Assembly (NCBI GenBank): GCA_963825865.1
Contig: CAWGVG010000010.1
Location: 1 to 64,000, forward strand
DNA: 64,000 bases
Reading direction: 5' to 3'
Origin: an uncultured Nitrososphaeraceae archaeon
GTDB lineage: Archaea > Thermoproteota > Nitrososphaeria > Nitrososphaerales > Nitrososphaeraceae
Positions 1-10,718 of the stretch are shown piece by piece (the stretch's first letter is position 1; each line of letters begins with the position of its first letter). The position numbers and the translations under genes are program-made. The notes beneath the pieces are model-generated. The model did no database searches. It saw only the letters and a list, made by a program, of their open reading frames with translations, and was not told the origin of the DNA.

Positions 1-8
1 ATTGTTCT

Positions 9-1958
9 TTATTGCTCCGGAATAGCTACATTTGGTTTGGATGCGTTCAGAGGGTAGCCTGGTGCAAGCATATCATTCAGATTAATATTCTGTACGTTGC
101 TCTGAGTTACTGGCGGGAAGTTATCCTTGGCAGTTTGTTCAAATTTCTGTCCTCTTGGGATTACTACTCCTACGTCTTGAGCATACTTATTATAGGAGCA
201 ATCAATTTCTGTAGTATGTCCGGATGCTGGTTTGCTAGGTCCGTATTTTCTCCCAGGTCAGTTGCCAAATTGAATAATTTCCATTGCAATGGTACACCGT
301 AAGAGGTGGCTTTCCAGTCACCCATTCGTACACTGGTGTTGTTAAACATTTCACCGGAGATAGCTTCATCGGCTGGATGAACTACTTGTGCTATCCCGTC
401 AAGAAATGGCTTCAGAGATTTTCCCATTACAGGATGCACTTCGTGTCCTTTATATGTTGAAGGATGCGAAACACCTGCCAGATCTAAAACTGTTGGAGTT
501 ATGTCTGTCACATAAACAAAGCTCTTGATAAGGTTGGAGCTTGAATTGCCACTACTACTACTAGGAGCAGCTGATGATGATGATGATGATGACGACATTG
601 ATTGTGGTGCTTTGATTATAGCAGGCGGTCTTGTACCCCCTTCATAAAGGCTTGTCTTGAAACCAGATAAAGGAGAAACTGCCACGTAAGTTCCCCATGC
701 ACCGTAGTTAAAATCGGAATTTGGGTTACCAAGATTTGACAAGCTATTGTTTATCCTGGCTACGAATTGCTTTGCATGGGTTAGGTCTACACCGCTAGCA
801 TATCGAAACAGGGCTATTTCAAATGGCTCGCTGCCTGCCATTGTCTGAAGTGAACATGATAAATGTGTTATTATACTGTCCTGTATCTTTAAGGTGTTGT
901 ATTACCCGGCCTATGTTCTGATCCATATATTCTATCATGGCTGAATGAACTGCAAGTACTCTTGCTGCAAAAGCCTTTTGATCACTCGTGAGGCTGTCCC
1001 ATACCGCGTTTGGAGGAAGTCTTCCTGGGTCCTTCATATTCGAAGGCCAGAACCCTAATTCTTTTTGCTTCTCGAATCTCTGCTCTCTTATTTTGTCCCA
1101 TCCAGCACTGCTGTATATTTTATCATATTTGTCTACAAGTTCAGGTGGAGCTTGGAATGGAGAGTGGGCTACTTGATATGCAAGGTAAGCAAAGAAGGGC
1201 TTCTTTTCTGACTCGGTTTTCTTAAAGAACCCTAACAACTGGTCTGTATACATCTTGGCCTCGTGTGTACCGTTCTCAGGTCTAGGAGTATCTGTAGCAT
1301 TTGCCGTGAATGTTACTGACCAGCCAGGTACGTATGGTTGGTTGTTAAAGTGATTGGACCCATCTTCCAAAAGAGTAAGTGCATTGGAAAATCCTCTTTC
1401 ATAGGGGGTTGTGCCAGGCTGATGTCCATGTCCAGAAAGATGCCACTTACCTGACTGCATGGTATTGTATCCTGCATCCCTTAATAATTCTGCAACAGTC
1501 ACAACTTTATTGTTAATGTACGTTTCATAACCTGGTTTACCAACTTGATTTTGAGCTATTAGTTCATACATCGTACCTATTCCGCCTACATGCCAGTCAA
1601 CACCAGTTAGAAACGCCACTCTTGCCGGTGAACAGGTAGGTGCTGTATGGTAGTCAGTTAAAACTTTACCATCTTTTGCAAGGGCGTCCAAGTTAGGTGT
1701 AGAAATTTCACTTCCAAACGCACCTATGTCTGAATAGCCAAAATCGTCACCCATGATGAGCAGAAAATTCGGGCGCTGACCTTGAGCTGCTACACCACCA
1801 GTAGTAGTATTAGTAGTAGTAGTAGCAGGTTGCGCAAAAGCTTGTTGATAAGGATATGATGATGACCATGACCTAATTATCGAAGGTAGTCCTATTAGGC
1901 CCACAATCATTATCCCACACATGACACATATAGAAACATCATGTAAGAGCGTTTTCAT
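9..1958 (-). CDS. Secreted arylsulfatase / sulfatase-like hydrolase (frameshifts near 830 and 185)
   Basis: ORFs 819-1958 and 170-841 join. They show PNFLLIMGDD, the formylglycine motif TCSPARVAFLTG, GKWHL, FTSDNG, KTSLYEGGTR and an N-terminal signal-like hydrophobic stretch. A C-terminal tail continues in another frame to a TAA at 9-11. Confidence 0.9.
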
Positions 1959-2440
1959 ATGCGACTAGATCTAGTATAGAATGATATAAGCTTTTTATAT
2001 ACAAAACTTCTATTCAATTAGAGTAAATATCTACTAGAAAAACCTTCTTAGATTATCTGAAGAAATCGCCAATCAAATATCTCCCAATGTATTTACAGCC
2101 TCCCATGCATTGAAAATAATTTTCTTATATATCCTGTCCTCAGAAACCAATCTTACATTCTCCGAATTCATTATTTAACATTGCATAGTGAATAAAAATG
2201 AATATACTATATGTAGTTCATGTCTATAAAGCCGCGATAAGTGACAATAGAGATCAAGTGAACTCCCAACTATTGCATCTCTACTAAAATAAATAACCCT
2301 CCACTAAAGAACAACTCACTAGCATAATGCATTCGTACGGAGCGCTTCAGCCAAGGTGGAAAATTACTATTACTATTAGTCACATGTTCTCACCCATCCT
2401 TAGTGGTGATTGGAGTTTGCTGCTAATGATGATAACAATT

Positions 2441-2580
2441 TCGTCCACTCGATCCAGCAAACAAATACCTTCACCACTCCTTTGTAGAGTCACCAGATAT
2501 GAAGAATGTCTATGATGGTGTAGTTGTATTAGATGACAAGGGTGAGGCAGAGATAGAGCTTCCAGATTGGTTTGGTCTTA
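2441..2580 (+). pseudogene. Relic of an HPLDPxNKYL..HSFVESPDM..VY.G domain, typical of the C-terminus of collagen-like or fibre-like surface proteins
   Basis: Manual translation gives RPLDPANKYLHHSFVESPDMKNVYDGVVVLDDKGEAEIELPDWFGL, with no start codon and abrupt ends. Confidence 0.6.
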
Positions 2581-2708
2581 GCACTACTAATGCCTAATCA
2601 TAACATTTCTATAAAGACATTGATAATAGATGTAAGATATACTAATTAATTCCAATTATTGGATGCATATTTAACTTAATTCTAAACATAATCTGTTCTA
2701 AAGGTATT

Positions 2709-2782
2709 TGGGTCAGTTCGTCGCGAGATCTTCATCGCTTTTTACTCAGTCTGGAGCAGCGAATACTTTTACCTCATCCCCA
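2709..2782 (-). ncRNA. Candidate archaeal C/D-box guide sRNA
   Basis: The minus strand reads TGG-GGATGA(C)-guide-CTGA(D')-GTAAAAA-GCGATGA(C')-AGATCTCGCGACGAA-CTGA(D)-CCCA, with a terminal TGGG/CCCA stem. Confidence 0.65.
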
Positions 2783-2808
2783 TTATAAAAAGTACGTTAT
2801 CTACGGTA

Positions 2809-3120
2809 TTAATCTTTGCAAATTGTTTTTATTAAGCGTCTTCGTAGTCTATTTAGAGTACCAGAAATATCTAGCGTTACAATGGGAGGATCAGTCAAAG
2901 CTATAGTTGACAAAATATTATCGAGCCCTTCTAATTTACAACAAATTATGATAATATTCATTTCTTTAGACTGAACTAACCAAATAGGCGATTTTTCAGT
3001 CGTTATGTGACCAAAAAGTTCAGAATTTCGGTTTTTAATTAAATTAACGATATCAATCCCGTCATACTGTCCGTTATGTAATAGCACCAAATAGCGGCGT
3101 TTGTCCCTACGTTTAAGCAT
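2809..3120 (-). CDS. rnp2: Ribonuclease P protein component 2 (Rpp14/Pop5 family)
   Basis: KRRYL near the N-terminus and ISGTLNRLRRR near the C-terminus; lies next to an Rpp30-like gene. Confidence 0.8.
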   Translation of the reverse strand: MLKRRDKRRYLVLLHNGQYDGIDIVNLIKNRNSELFGHITTEKSPIWLVQSKEMNIIIICCKLEGLDNILSTIALTDPPIVTLDISGTLNRLRRRLIKTICKD

Positions 3121-3618
3121 TTATAAACACCTTATCTGACATTTGGATTCAATCCATTGTTCGAGTTCTCGCCAGTAATGTTCCGGCTTTATGTCACAAA
3201 TTTTTAAGATGGAATCAAAAGAGCGGCCAGAAACCATTTCCAAAGCTGAATTTGCGCCGCTAGAAAGAATGAATTGACAATTAGTGGATTTACAAAATTT
3301 GTATAGACCTCTTATTTGATTGAACCGTTTTCCAACCTGCAATCCGTCTACCTTACGAAGATCGGCTATAGTAACTTCCAAACCGATTCCCTTTTTCACC
3401 TTATTTTTTTTTAGATTATCATTAATTTTTTTAATATCTCTAACTACAAAAATGTCAGCAACAGAAGGAGAAAGCATCTGATCAATTTTGTCACAAACAA
3501 CAAGATATGGGTAGTTTGTTATTATTGATGGTTTTTTATTTAGCCGATAAATAATGTTTTTCTCTACCTTGTCATGATAATCAGCACCTATTATATCAAT
3601 TGCTAAAATCTCTGCCAT
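3121..3618 (-). CDS. rnp3: Ribonuclease P protein component 3 (Rpp30)-like, short form
   Basis: GLEVTIADL and FILSSGANSALEMVSGR motifs; conserved neighbourhood. Confidence 0.65.
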   Translation of the reverse strand: MAEILAIDIIGADYHDKVEKNIIYRLNKKPSIITNYPYLVVCDKIDQMLSPSVADIFVVRDIKKINDNLKKNKVKKGIGLEVTIADLRKVDGLQVGKRFNQIRGLYKFCKSTNCQFILSSGANSALEMVSGRSFDSILKICDIKPEHYWRELEQWIESKCQIRCL

Positions 3619-3659
3619 CTTGGTAATCCATGAAATATCAGTAGCATTTATGCAGAGGT

Positions 3660-4109
3660 CTATCCGTTTGAAGAAAAGAACCCCCTGTAATTCTGTAGAT
3701 TGTCACTAGGTTTGTATCTTCTGACCGGTCTGAATCGAATTCTGATAGAATCATTTTCAGAAAGGGAAATCTTACCTTGACAGATTCTTTGTTTATCCAA
3801 ACGAATGTATAGATTTCCTTTTTCGTCAACGTATTTATCAAAAAAATTTGAAAGAAGGTTTCTATCAACACTATTCAATGAAGATATAATTTTTAAAACA
3901 AGATCTTTAGCTGCACGACTGTCAATAGTGACGGTCAGTAACATAATTTTATTTCCCCATTGTCCCTCGGAAGTTGTAGTTAAGAATTTATCAGTGGAGA
4001 CTGAAAGGGCATCATTTATAGAATGCAAAATTTTATTTTCATTTTCAGTGGCATGAATTACGACGTTGATTTCGGCAGAAGAAAACCTGATATCATCTTC
4101 CAAGGCCAT
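3660..4109 (-). CDS. DUF54 / RNA-binding exosome-associated protein
   Basis: IHATENENK, EGQWGNKI and LYIRLDKQ motifs. Confidence 0.8.
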   Translation of the reverse strand: MALEDDIRFSSAEINVVIHATENENKILHSINDALSVSTDKFLTTTSEGQWGNKIMLLTVTIDSRAAKDLVLKIISSLNSVDRNLLSNFFDKYVDEKGNLYIRLDKQRICQGKISLSENDSIRIRFRPVRRYKPSDNLQNYRGFFSSNG

Positions 4110-4148
4110 GATCTAATGATGTAAACCTCAAGAATAACAACAAAAAAG

Positions 4149-4815
4149 TTATTGGAGTGACTCCGATTGTTCTACTGGCTGCGCTGTTTCAATTGCCTTT
4201 GCTTCTTGAATAGCCCTGGACTCTGGAGTGGAAATCAACTTTGTCTTCTTGACGCCTATATGTCTTAATGATGCAACATTCTTTACCTTTGCTAGAAGAT
4301 CGGCTCCTATCTTGCCCATTGTCACTTCCTGTACAAATTGGTCTATAGTCAATTTTGGAATCTTATCTACCATTATTTTGTGAGCAATCATTCTAATCTC
4401 GTGCTTTTTGGAAGAATTGAGCTTTCTCTGGCTGAATGCAATTACGGCAACCCTGAAAGTATAACCATCCATTGTTGTATAATCATTAACATTGTTGATC
4501 ATTGAGCTACCTCTTCTGATTAAACTTCTCAAAAATTCTTTCGCATACTCATGCCCTTTAAAAATAGTAGTAGCAGTCCCATCGTTAATCGTGTCGATTT
4601 GAACAAAGACCTTTGTCTGATGCTCGCGTAGGGTCTTGCTTTAAAATATCAAACATAGTATTTTCAATTACACGTCCCTTAGCATGATCGGCATCTGTAA
4701 TTGGCATGTAGTTTAAAGCGCTTCCTCCAAATGCAGACGGTGAATTAATCACTATCCATTGTTTGTCTCGCCATTTATCACGCACCCTGCCACCTTTCTT
4801 AGCTCCCTTAGCCAT
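4149..4815 (-). CDS. rps3ae: 30S ribosomal protein eS1 (S3Ae), split by an indel
   Basis: RVRDKWRDKQW, GHEYAKEFLRSLIRRGSS and TMDGYTFRV; the 76-aa and 127-aa ORFs join. Confidence 0.92.
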
Positions 4816-5336
4816 CGAAACTCAGACTCTGCAGCCAAAATATAAGTTGTACGCTAATAAATATTTAATAATAGGTTGTGTTTGCTCATGAAGGCTTGTA
4901 AATATTACGTCATCATATTTCAAACTATATTTCTTCTTCATGTTTATCTTTATACCACTTCATAGCAATCCCCCAATATGTCAGTTCCTAAACCTAATCA
5001 TAATAATATATATCCAGACCAAAAACATCAATAGGAAGAAAGTTCTGATTTTTTTAGTATATGATGCGCAAATAATAACTTATTTACTACTCCCATCATG
5101 AAAGTAATGCCAAACTATAGCAAAAATAATGATTAGGCAAAATCCATTTGATTTTTAGTTTACTTCGTCGATAATTTCATCGTCTATAGGCATAAAATAT
5201 ATTAAATTGTGATAAACTCACTAAATACGCTTTTGTCAATGGAATTTTGACAATATTAAAGTGTAAAAATCAACCAAAGACTTTACAGAACCCCAAAAAG
5301 ATTAGATTATAGTAGAAAGTAACTATAAAAAGGTAC

Positions 5337-6221
5337 ATGGATATCGAATCAAGTAATAATGGTGATGTGAGTCTAAAGGAGAATCGTCCTTCTTTGTATG
5401 GTCATTATTCTTTCGAAAATACTGAACAGACCTTTATTGAACTTGCTAGCGAGCAGAGATTATCAATACTATTAAAATTAAGTCAGCAGGATACTAAACT
5501 TTCAAAGCTTGCAAAGGATCTTAATGTTACTATGCAGGAAGTTCATAGAAATGTTAATAGATTAATGGATGTAGGATTGATTAAAAAGGATTCGGAAGGA
5601 ATGTTTTCTCTAACAACTTTTGGAAATACAATCATAAAGCAGATTCCTACATTTGATTTCCTTTCTAGGAATAAAGAATATTTTTCAGATCATTCTTTGG
5701 GAGAAATTCCAATGAAATTCAATCAGAGAATTGGTGCTTTGGACAATTCCGAATATATCCACGGGATGGTGGCTGTTATAGAGAGGTGGAAAGAGCTTTA
5801 CAGTGAATCTACCGAATATATATATGGAATGTTACCCCAAATTCCACTAGAGTTAATTGAAACAGTAATACCAAAAATAAAAGAGGAAGGCATAAAATTT
5901 AATTATATATTGCCTCAACAAGCTCTCGTACCTAAAAAGCGGACTGAACTTCTAAAAAATGCTGGTTTTTATGAGTTATTGAGAAAAGAAGAGAGATTAG
6001 TAGAAAGAAGAATGGTTGATAGGGTGCATGTGGCAGTAGTTTTAAATGAAAAACAGGCAACTGTAATGTTCCCCACATCAAAGGGTAAAACGGTGGCAGA
6101 CATGAACTCGATGTTTTACAGTAAAGAAAACCCATTATTTCATGAATGGTGTTTAGATTATTTCAGATATTGTTGGTACAGCTCAAAATCATTTGATGAA
6201 AGCAAATTATTAGAAGTGTAG
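5337..6221 (+). CDS. ArsR-like winged-helix transcription regulator with a C-terminal DUF1724-like domain
   Basis: ELASEQRLSIL...LSKLAKDLNVTMQEVHRNVNRL helix-turn-helix, FSLTTFG wing and FHEWCLDYFRYCW C-terminus. Confidence 0.8.
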   Translation: MDIESSNNGDVSLKENRPSLYGHYSFENTEQTFIELASEQRLSILLKLSQQDTKLSKLAKDLNVTMQEVHRNVNRLMDVGLIKKDSEGMFSLTTFGNTIIKQIPTFDFLSRNKEYFSDHSLGEIPMKFNQRIGALDNSEYIHGMVAVIERWKELYSESTEYIYGMLPQIPLELIETVIPKIKEEGIKFNYILPQQALVPKKRTELLKNAGFYELLRKEERLVERRMVDRVHVAVVLNEKQATVMFPTSKGKTVADMNSMFYSKENPLFHEWCLDYFRYCWYSSKSFDESKLLEV

Positions 6222-7124
6222 TCTAGAATTCCATCTTTATTTGTAAAAATTACAGGAATAAAGGGCATATAATAATACTTTCATCATTGAATAACGAGAT
6301 AAAGTAAATAATCTAGAGACGCCTACTATTCTTTACTGTGATGTTCAAGTAAATTTTGCTTGTACTGCGCAAGGCAGTAAACTCCAAATAATCTACCTGT
6401 TACTCTTCCAGATTAAATGGCTATCTAATAATAATTTTTTAAACATCATCATGAGCGATCTGGATTAGGGTTATGCTTAATTTTAAAACATGGATTCAAT
6501 TATAAATTCCATAAGAATTTTGTAATTAGCGTGTCGAAAATGATTGACATTTAACATTACAATGTCTATTAGAGAAGGATAATCGAGTATCGATATGCTA
6601 GAAGGAAAATATTAGACAAAAACTAATAAAAATAAAAATATTTGCTGTTTTGACACCTACGTGTGGAATTGCTAATACAATAAGGTCTCTCTTTTCTTGA
6701 GTATACATTATACACTTTAGTCACGTTAGGGAAGGAAGCTAAACGAATTACAAATAACAAATACCAAACCTAATGTTATATCCCATTATTCGGCTGGATA
6801 AAATATACTTACATCGGCACACAGACAGGATATTATTTAACTTTTTACCAAACATTGGCTGTGCGTTGTTCATTATCTATTCTTCATAAAGACATTTCCA
6901 GATCTAGTTTACTAGCGAATGAGTAGATTATATTACGTCGAAGACTATATCATTATAAGTACTTGTTAAACTATCACGATTTGGCCAATCTACATAAGTT
7001 CTGTATTTTTAATAGTATATCAATAAGGATAATGAAATAGACGAAACTAAAGAAATAGTAAATGGGATTTGTTATATCAATAGATAATATTCAAATTAGT
7101 GCTACGAAGCCACTTTAGTAAGGA

Positions 7125-7209
7125 GCGGGAGTCGCCCAGCTTGGTCAAAGGCGTAAGACTGAGGCTCTTATCCCTTAGGGGTTCATGGGTTCAAATCCCA
7201 TCTCCCGCA
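7125..7209 (+). tRNA. tRNA-Leu(GAG)
   Basis: GCGGGAG/CTCCCGC acceptor stem, TAAGA-CTGAGGC-TCTTA anticodon arm, long variable arm, GGTTCAAATCC T-loop. Confidence 0.96.
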
Positions 7210-7572
7210 TTTTTCACAGTCAGTTTAGTCAAAAAAAAGGAGTTATTTGTAATACGTATACAATTTAAGCTAGCATGACATCTTCAAGGACTGACTCCAT
7301 ATCAATTGCAACAGTTTTACTTGCTCAAACACCAGACATAAATTATTTATCGATATTTACTAAAAAATGATAAATTTATCTTTGAAAGGAATATGGATGA
7401 GACTTTAGACTAAATGTTCGTATGTAAGCATATGATCTTTAGCCCAAACAATAGATGAAGGATTATTGATTATTATTACTAGCGATCTAGAAAAAAAGGA
7501 AAAACATTATTAAAAAAATGAAGTAGGTAGGCTTTATACCTAATAATTTATAATCTACAATTAGATCCTAGT

Positions 7573-7780
7573 ATGGCATCTACACAAAATGAACAAGATT
7601 TAGACCAATTAAAGCTTGTTAAAATCCAATTCGAGTCAAGAGCAAGATGAAAAAGGTCTTTTTACATTAATGGTTTCGGGTATGCCAGTTCACACACTAC
7701 CAAATAACAGTTATGTAGTAAATAAAATACAGATTAAAATGCTTGATGAAAAGGGCATAGAATACAACAAAGTCGATTGA
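7573..7780 (+). CDS. Small hypothetical protein (one indel), stop codon overlapping the next start
   Basis: ATG at 7573. After an indel the frame reads GLFTLMVSGMPVHTLPNNSYVVNKIQIKMLDEKGIEYNKVD to a TGA that overlaps the TTG at 7777. Confidence 0.45.
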
Positions 7781-8115
7781 ATTCTAATTCTACTGCAAAA
7801 AGAATACGTGTAGAAGTCATTATACCTTTAAGATACAGTAATGGAAAACTGATAGAAATTAGTAAACATAAAGAAACAAAAGATGAAATAATCGAAAGGT
7901 TTGGCCAAGGTACGTTTCTTACTACCTCTGAGGGGGATTGGAAAAATCATAGTGATAAAGACAGAGAGTATATCGATATTAATACAAGTTTTTTCGTAGT
8001 TGCTGATGATACACAAGAAACAATTGACTTTTTTAAAAATTATAGAAATGTTCTTGAAAAAAGGTACGACCAATGAAATATATACATCGACTACAATCCT
8101 GTTACCGAATTGTGA
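7777..8115 (+). CDS. Small ferredoxin/P-II-like-fold hypothetical protein with an in-frame TGA near the C-terminus
   Basis: IIPLRYSNG..I...ETKDEIIERFG...G.W...FFKNYRNVLEKRYDQ, then TGA, then NIYIDYNPVTEL and a stop. Confidence 0.55.
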
Positions 8116-8386
8116 TGATACTCCAAATCAATACTATGTTTCAAAACAGAAATATGCATAGAAGTATATCTTGTTGGGATAGTATATCTGAAATTAACTG
8201 ATAATCTAAATCATATGATGTGTTCCCCCTAGAATAACAAAATCATGGTTCATTATTTATATGGTTTATATTTTTTGTAGTAATAGCTCATTTGCTTCAC
8301 TATTTAGTAGCATGGAAATGTAGTAGATCTATTAGTAATATATCTAAATATTATATTTAATACAATTATACACTGCTATATATAGA

Positions 8387-8536
8387 ATGGTAGGAAAATC
8401 AAAAGGTAATAAACAAGAAAATAAAAACGCAGCTAAGGAAAAAAGCACAGATTCTAGTAAAAACAAGAAGATGGCAAAAGCCAGGAATAAACTAGGCGGC
8501 GGTTCAGCACGAGGGAAAAGCAGAAAGCAAAAGTAG
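8387..8536 (+). CDS. 49-aa highly basic small protein
   Basis: MVGKSKGNKQENKNAAKEKSTDSSKNKKMAKARNKLGGGSARGKSRKQK; purine-rich coding bias, AT-rich TATA-like sequence upstream; too short to appear in the ORF track. Confidence 0.6.
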   Translation: MVGKSKGNKQENKNAAKEKSTDSSKNKKMAKARNKLGGGSARGKSRKQK

Positions 8537-8702
8537 ACCTCCCTCTGTCTTTTAGTACGTATTATGTTGTAGGTGTATTGAGATTTTTAATCTACAATAA
8601 GACAATATTTTTTAGCTCATACAATTTTTTATTATTATGATTATGGAAAACATATTGTTTGTGAAAAGGTAGATAACAGCAGGTAGTTGGCAAATAAAGA
8701 AT

Positions 8703-10619
8703 TTGAAATATTATGTTGGTTGTATAGGATGGAGAAATCAGAAATGGTCAGGAGAATTCTATCCCTTCACTTTAGATCCTAAAGACTACCTTGAGTATTA
8801 CTCTAAGGTCTTTGATCTCGTGGAGTTAGATTTGAGCGGTAGAGGAGGAGGAAATTCATATAATAGCAACAAACTGTATGACAGACTGCTTTTCAAAAAG
8901 TGGGCAAAAAATACCCCTCACAATTTCCGCTTTACCGTTAAACTACCCAAGTACATCATAGAGGATACATACAAAGTCGGTGAGTTCCTAGAGGAGCTTG
9001 CACCATTAGAGGAGAAGGTTCTTGCTGTGATTATCGAGTCCCCACCGCCGACTAAACTAACCTTAGGTAATGGTGGGAGAGAATGGCTTGATGATATCTT
9101 ACATACTTGTACTTACCATGGCTATACTGTTGCATTGGAATTCAATCACTCATCTTGGTTTCAAGATTTAACATATAATCTCTTAAATAAACACAAAGCA
9201 GCTATGGTTTGGTCTGATTTTAGTCTCCGATATTCGTATGCTGTTGTGACAGCCGATTTTCTGTACCTTAGGATTAATGATAATGAAGAGAAATGGATAG
9301 AGAAAGCAAAGGGAAAAGTAAGCGAGTGGAACACCAGCAGTAACGACAGCGGAGGAATGAATAGAGAAGGAGAAGAGGGTATCGGCTTTGCAATAGTAGT
9401 TGGTAGTAATCCTGCGAAAGTAAATCAGATATTAAAATTATTAGGTTTACCAGAGAAAGCATACGGTCAATGTCAGTGGATTGGTAAGGTAACAATGCAT
9501 GTGGACCTTAATTCATTTTTTCCTTCTTGTGAAGAGATAAGAGATCCAACATTAAAGGGAAAACCACATGCTGTCATAATGACTGATGACACAAAAGATA
9601 AGATAATTAGAGGTGCTGTAGCCTCATGTTCATATGAAGCAAGAAAATATGGTGTTAGGTCAGCTATGTCTCTTTTTACTGCCAAGCAATTATGTCCTCA
9701 ACTGATTCTAAATCCTGTAGACAAATCCTATTATCAACAAGTATCCGAGAAAGTTATGAATTTGATAGGAGAGTATGCAGATGTATTAGAGCAAGCCAGT
9801 ATAGACGAAGCATATCTGGATTGTACAAAGAAAATAACTGTTGCTGATAGCGCAGTTAGTGTAGAACAATATGCTGCCACAATCAAAGATGCAATCAGAC
9901 AGCAATGCGAGGGGCTTTTATCATCCATTGGCGTAGCCACTACAAAATCTGCTGCCAAGATTGCTTCTGACTTTAAGAAACCAGACGGGCTTACTGTTAT
10001 CTATCCTGATCAACTGCAGAAATTCTATGAGAACTTGGAAGTAGATAGGATAGCTGGTATAGGTACCAAAACACGGCAAGCATTGAAGGATGAAATGGGA
10101 ATTCAGACTATAGGCCAATTAGCAAAATACGATGTTCAAAAGCTAAAAGATAGATTTGGCAAAAAGAATGGCCTTTGGATGTGGCAAGTAGCTAATGGAA
10201 GAGATAATGATGATTTTGTAGCTCCTAGGGAAGATAATATATCTATAAGTACAGAACAAACACTAGATCGCGCTACAAGCGATAGAGCAAAGATTCTCCA
10301 GTATCTAAATGAACTTGTCGATGAAGTCTACGATAGAGTAGGAAAACATGGTTATGAATTTAGAACTGTAGGAGTCAAACTAGTTAGATCCGATTTTTCA
10401 ATTGAGACAAGAGAAATGTCATTTCCAAATTCTCGTTCTGACAGAGACAGCATTGCATCTGTTTTACAAGGCTTGGTGGATAGATTTAGTCCTTTTAATA
10501 ATAATACTGTTACTATAACTTATAGAAAAGTTGGCATTAAAATTTCAAATTTAGATAGAATAGAAAAGAAAAAGAAAAAGAAATCTGCTCAACAAAGGAC
10601 ATTGCTAGATTATACTTGA
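8703..10619 (+). CDS. dinB: DUF72 domain fused to Y-family DNA polymerase IV (DinB/Dpo4)
   Basis: N-terminal YYVGCIGW..FYP..YLEYYSKVFDLVELD..FRFTVKLP..FLYLR (DUF72). C-terminal HVDLNSFF, CSYEARKYGVRSAM, SIDEAYLD, AKIASDFKKPDG and GIG helix-hairpin-helix. Confidence 0.93.
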   Translation: MKYYVGCIGWRNQKWSGEFYPFTLDPKDYLEYYSKVFDLVELDLSGRGGGNSYNSNKLYDRLLFKKWAKNTPHNFRFTVKLPKYIIEDTYKVGEFLEELAPLEEKVLAVIIESPPPTKLTLGNGGREWLDDILHTCTYHGYTVALEFNHSSWFQDLTYNLLNKHKAAMVWSDFSLRYSYAVVTADFLYLRINDNEEKWIEKAKGKVSEWNTSSNDSGGMNREGEEGIGFAIVVGSNPAKVNQILKLLGLPEKAYGQCQWIGKVTMHVDLNSFFPSCEEIRDPTLKGKPHAVIMTDDTKDKIIRGAVASCSYEARKYGVRSAMSLFTAKQLCPQLILNPVDKSYYQQVSEKVMNLIGEYADVLEQASIDEAYLDCTKKITVADSAVSVEQYAATIKDAIRQQCEGLLSSIGVATTKSAAKIASDFKKPDGLTVIYPDQLQKFYENLEVDRIAGIGTKTRQALKDEMGIQTIGQLAKYDVQKLKDRFGKKNGLWMWQVANGRDNDDFVAPREDNISISTEQTLDRATSDRAKILQYLNELVDEVYDRVGKHGYEFRTVGVKLVRSDFSIETREMSFPNSRSDRDSIASVLQGLVDRFSPFNNNTVTITYRKVGIKISNLDRIEKKKKKKSAQQRTLLDYT

Positions 10620-10718
10620 TTGTAGTAAAATCGACTGGTTCTCCTGTGAGAATTATTGACAGGTAGCACCCTGGAACCAGAAATAGCAGTGATAAAATAG
10701 TGACAAATAACTACTACA

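Noticed and set aside
6362-6380. Small hairpin TACTGC-GCAAG-GCAGTA
   Set aside because: A 6-7 bp stem is expected by chance, and there is no supporting context.
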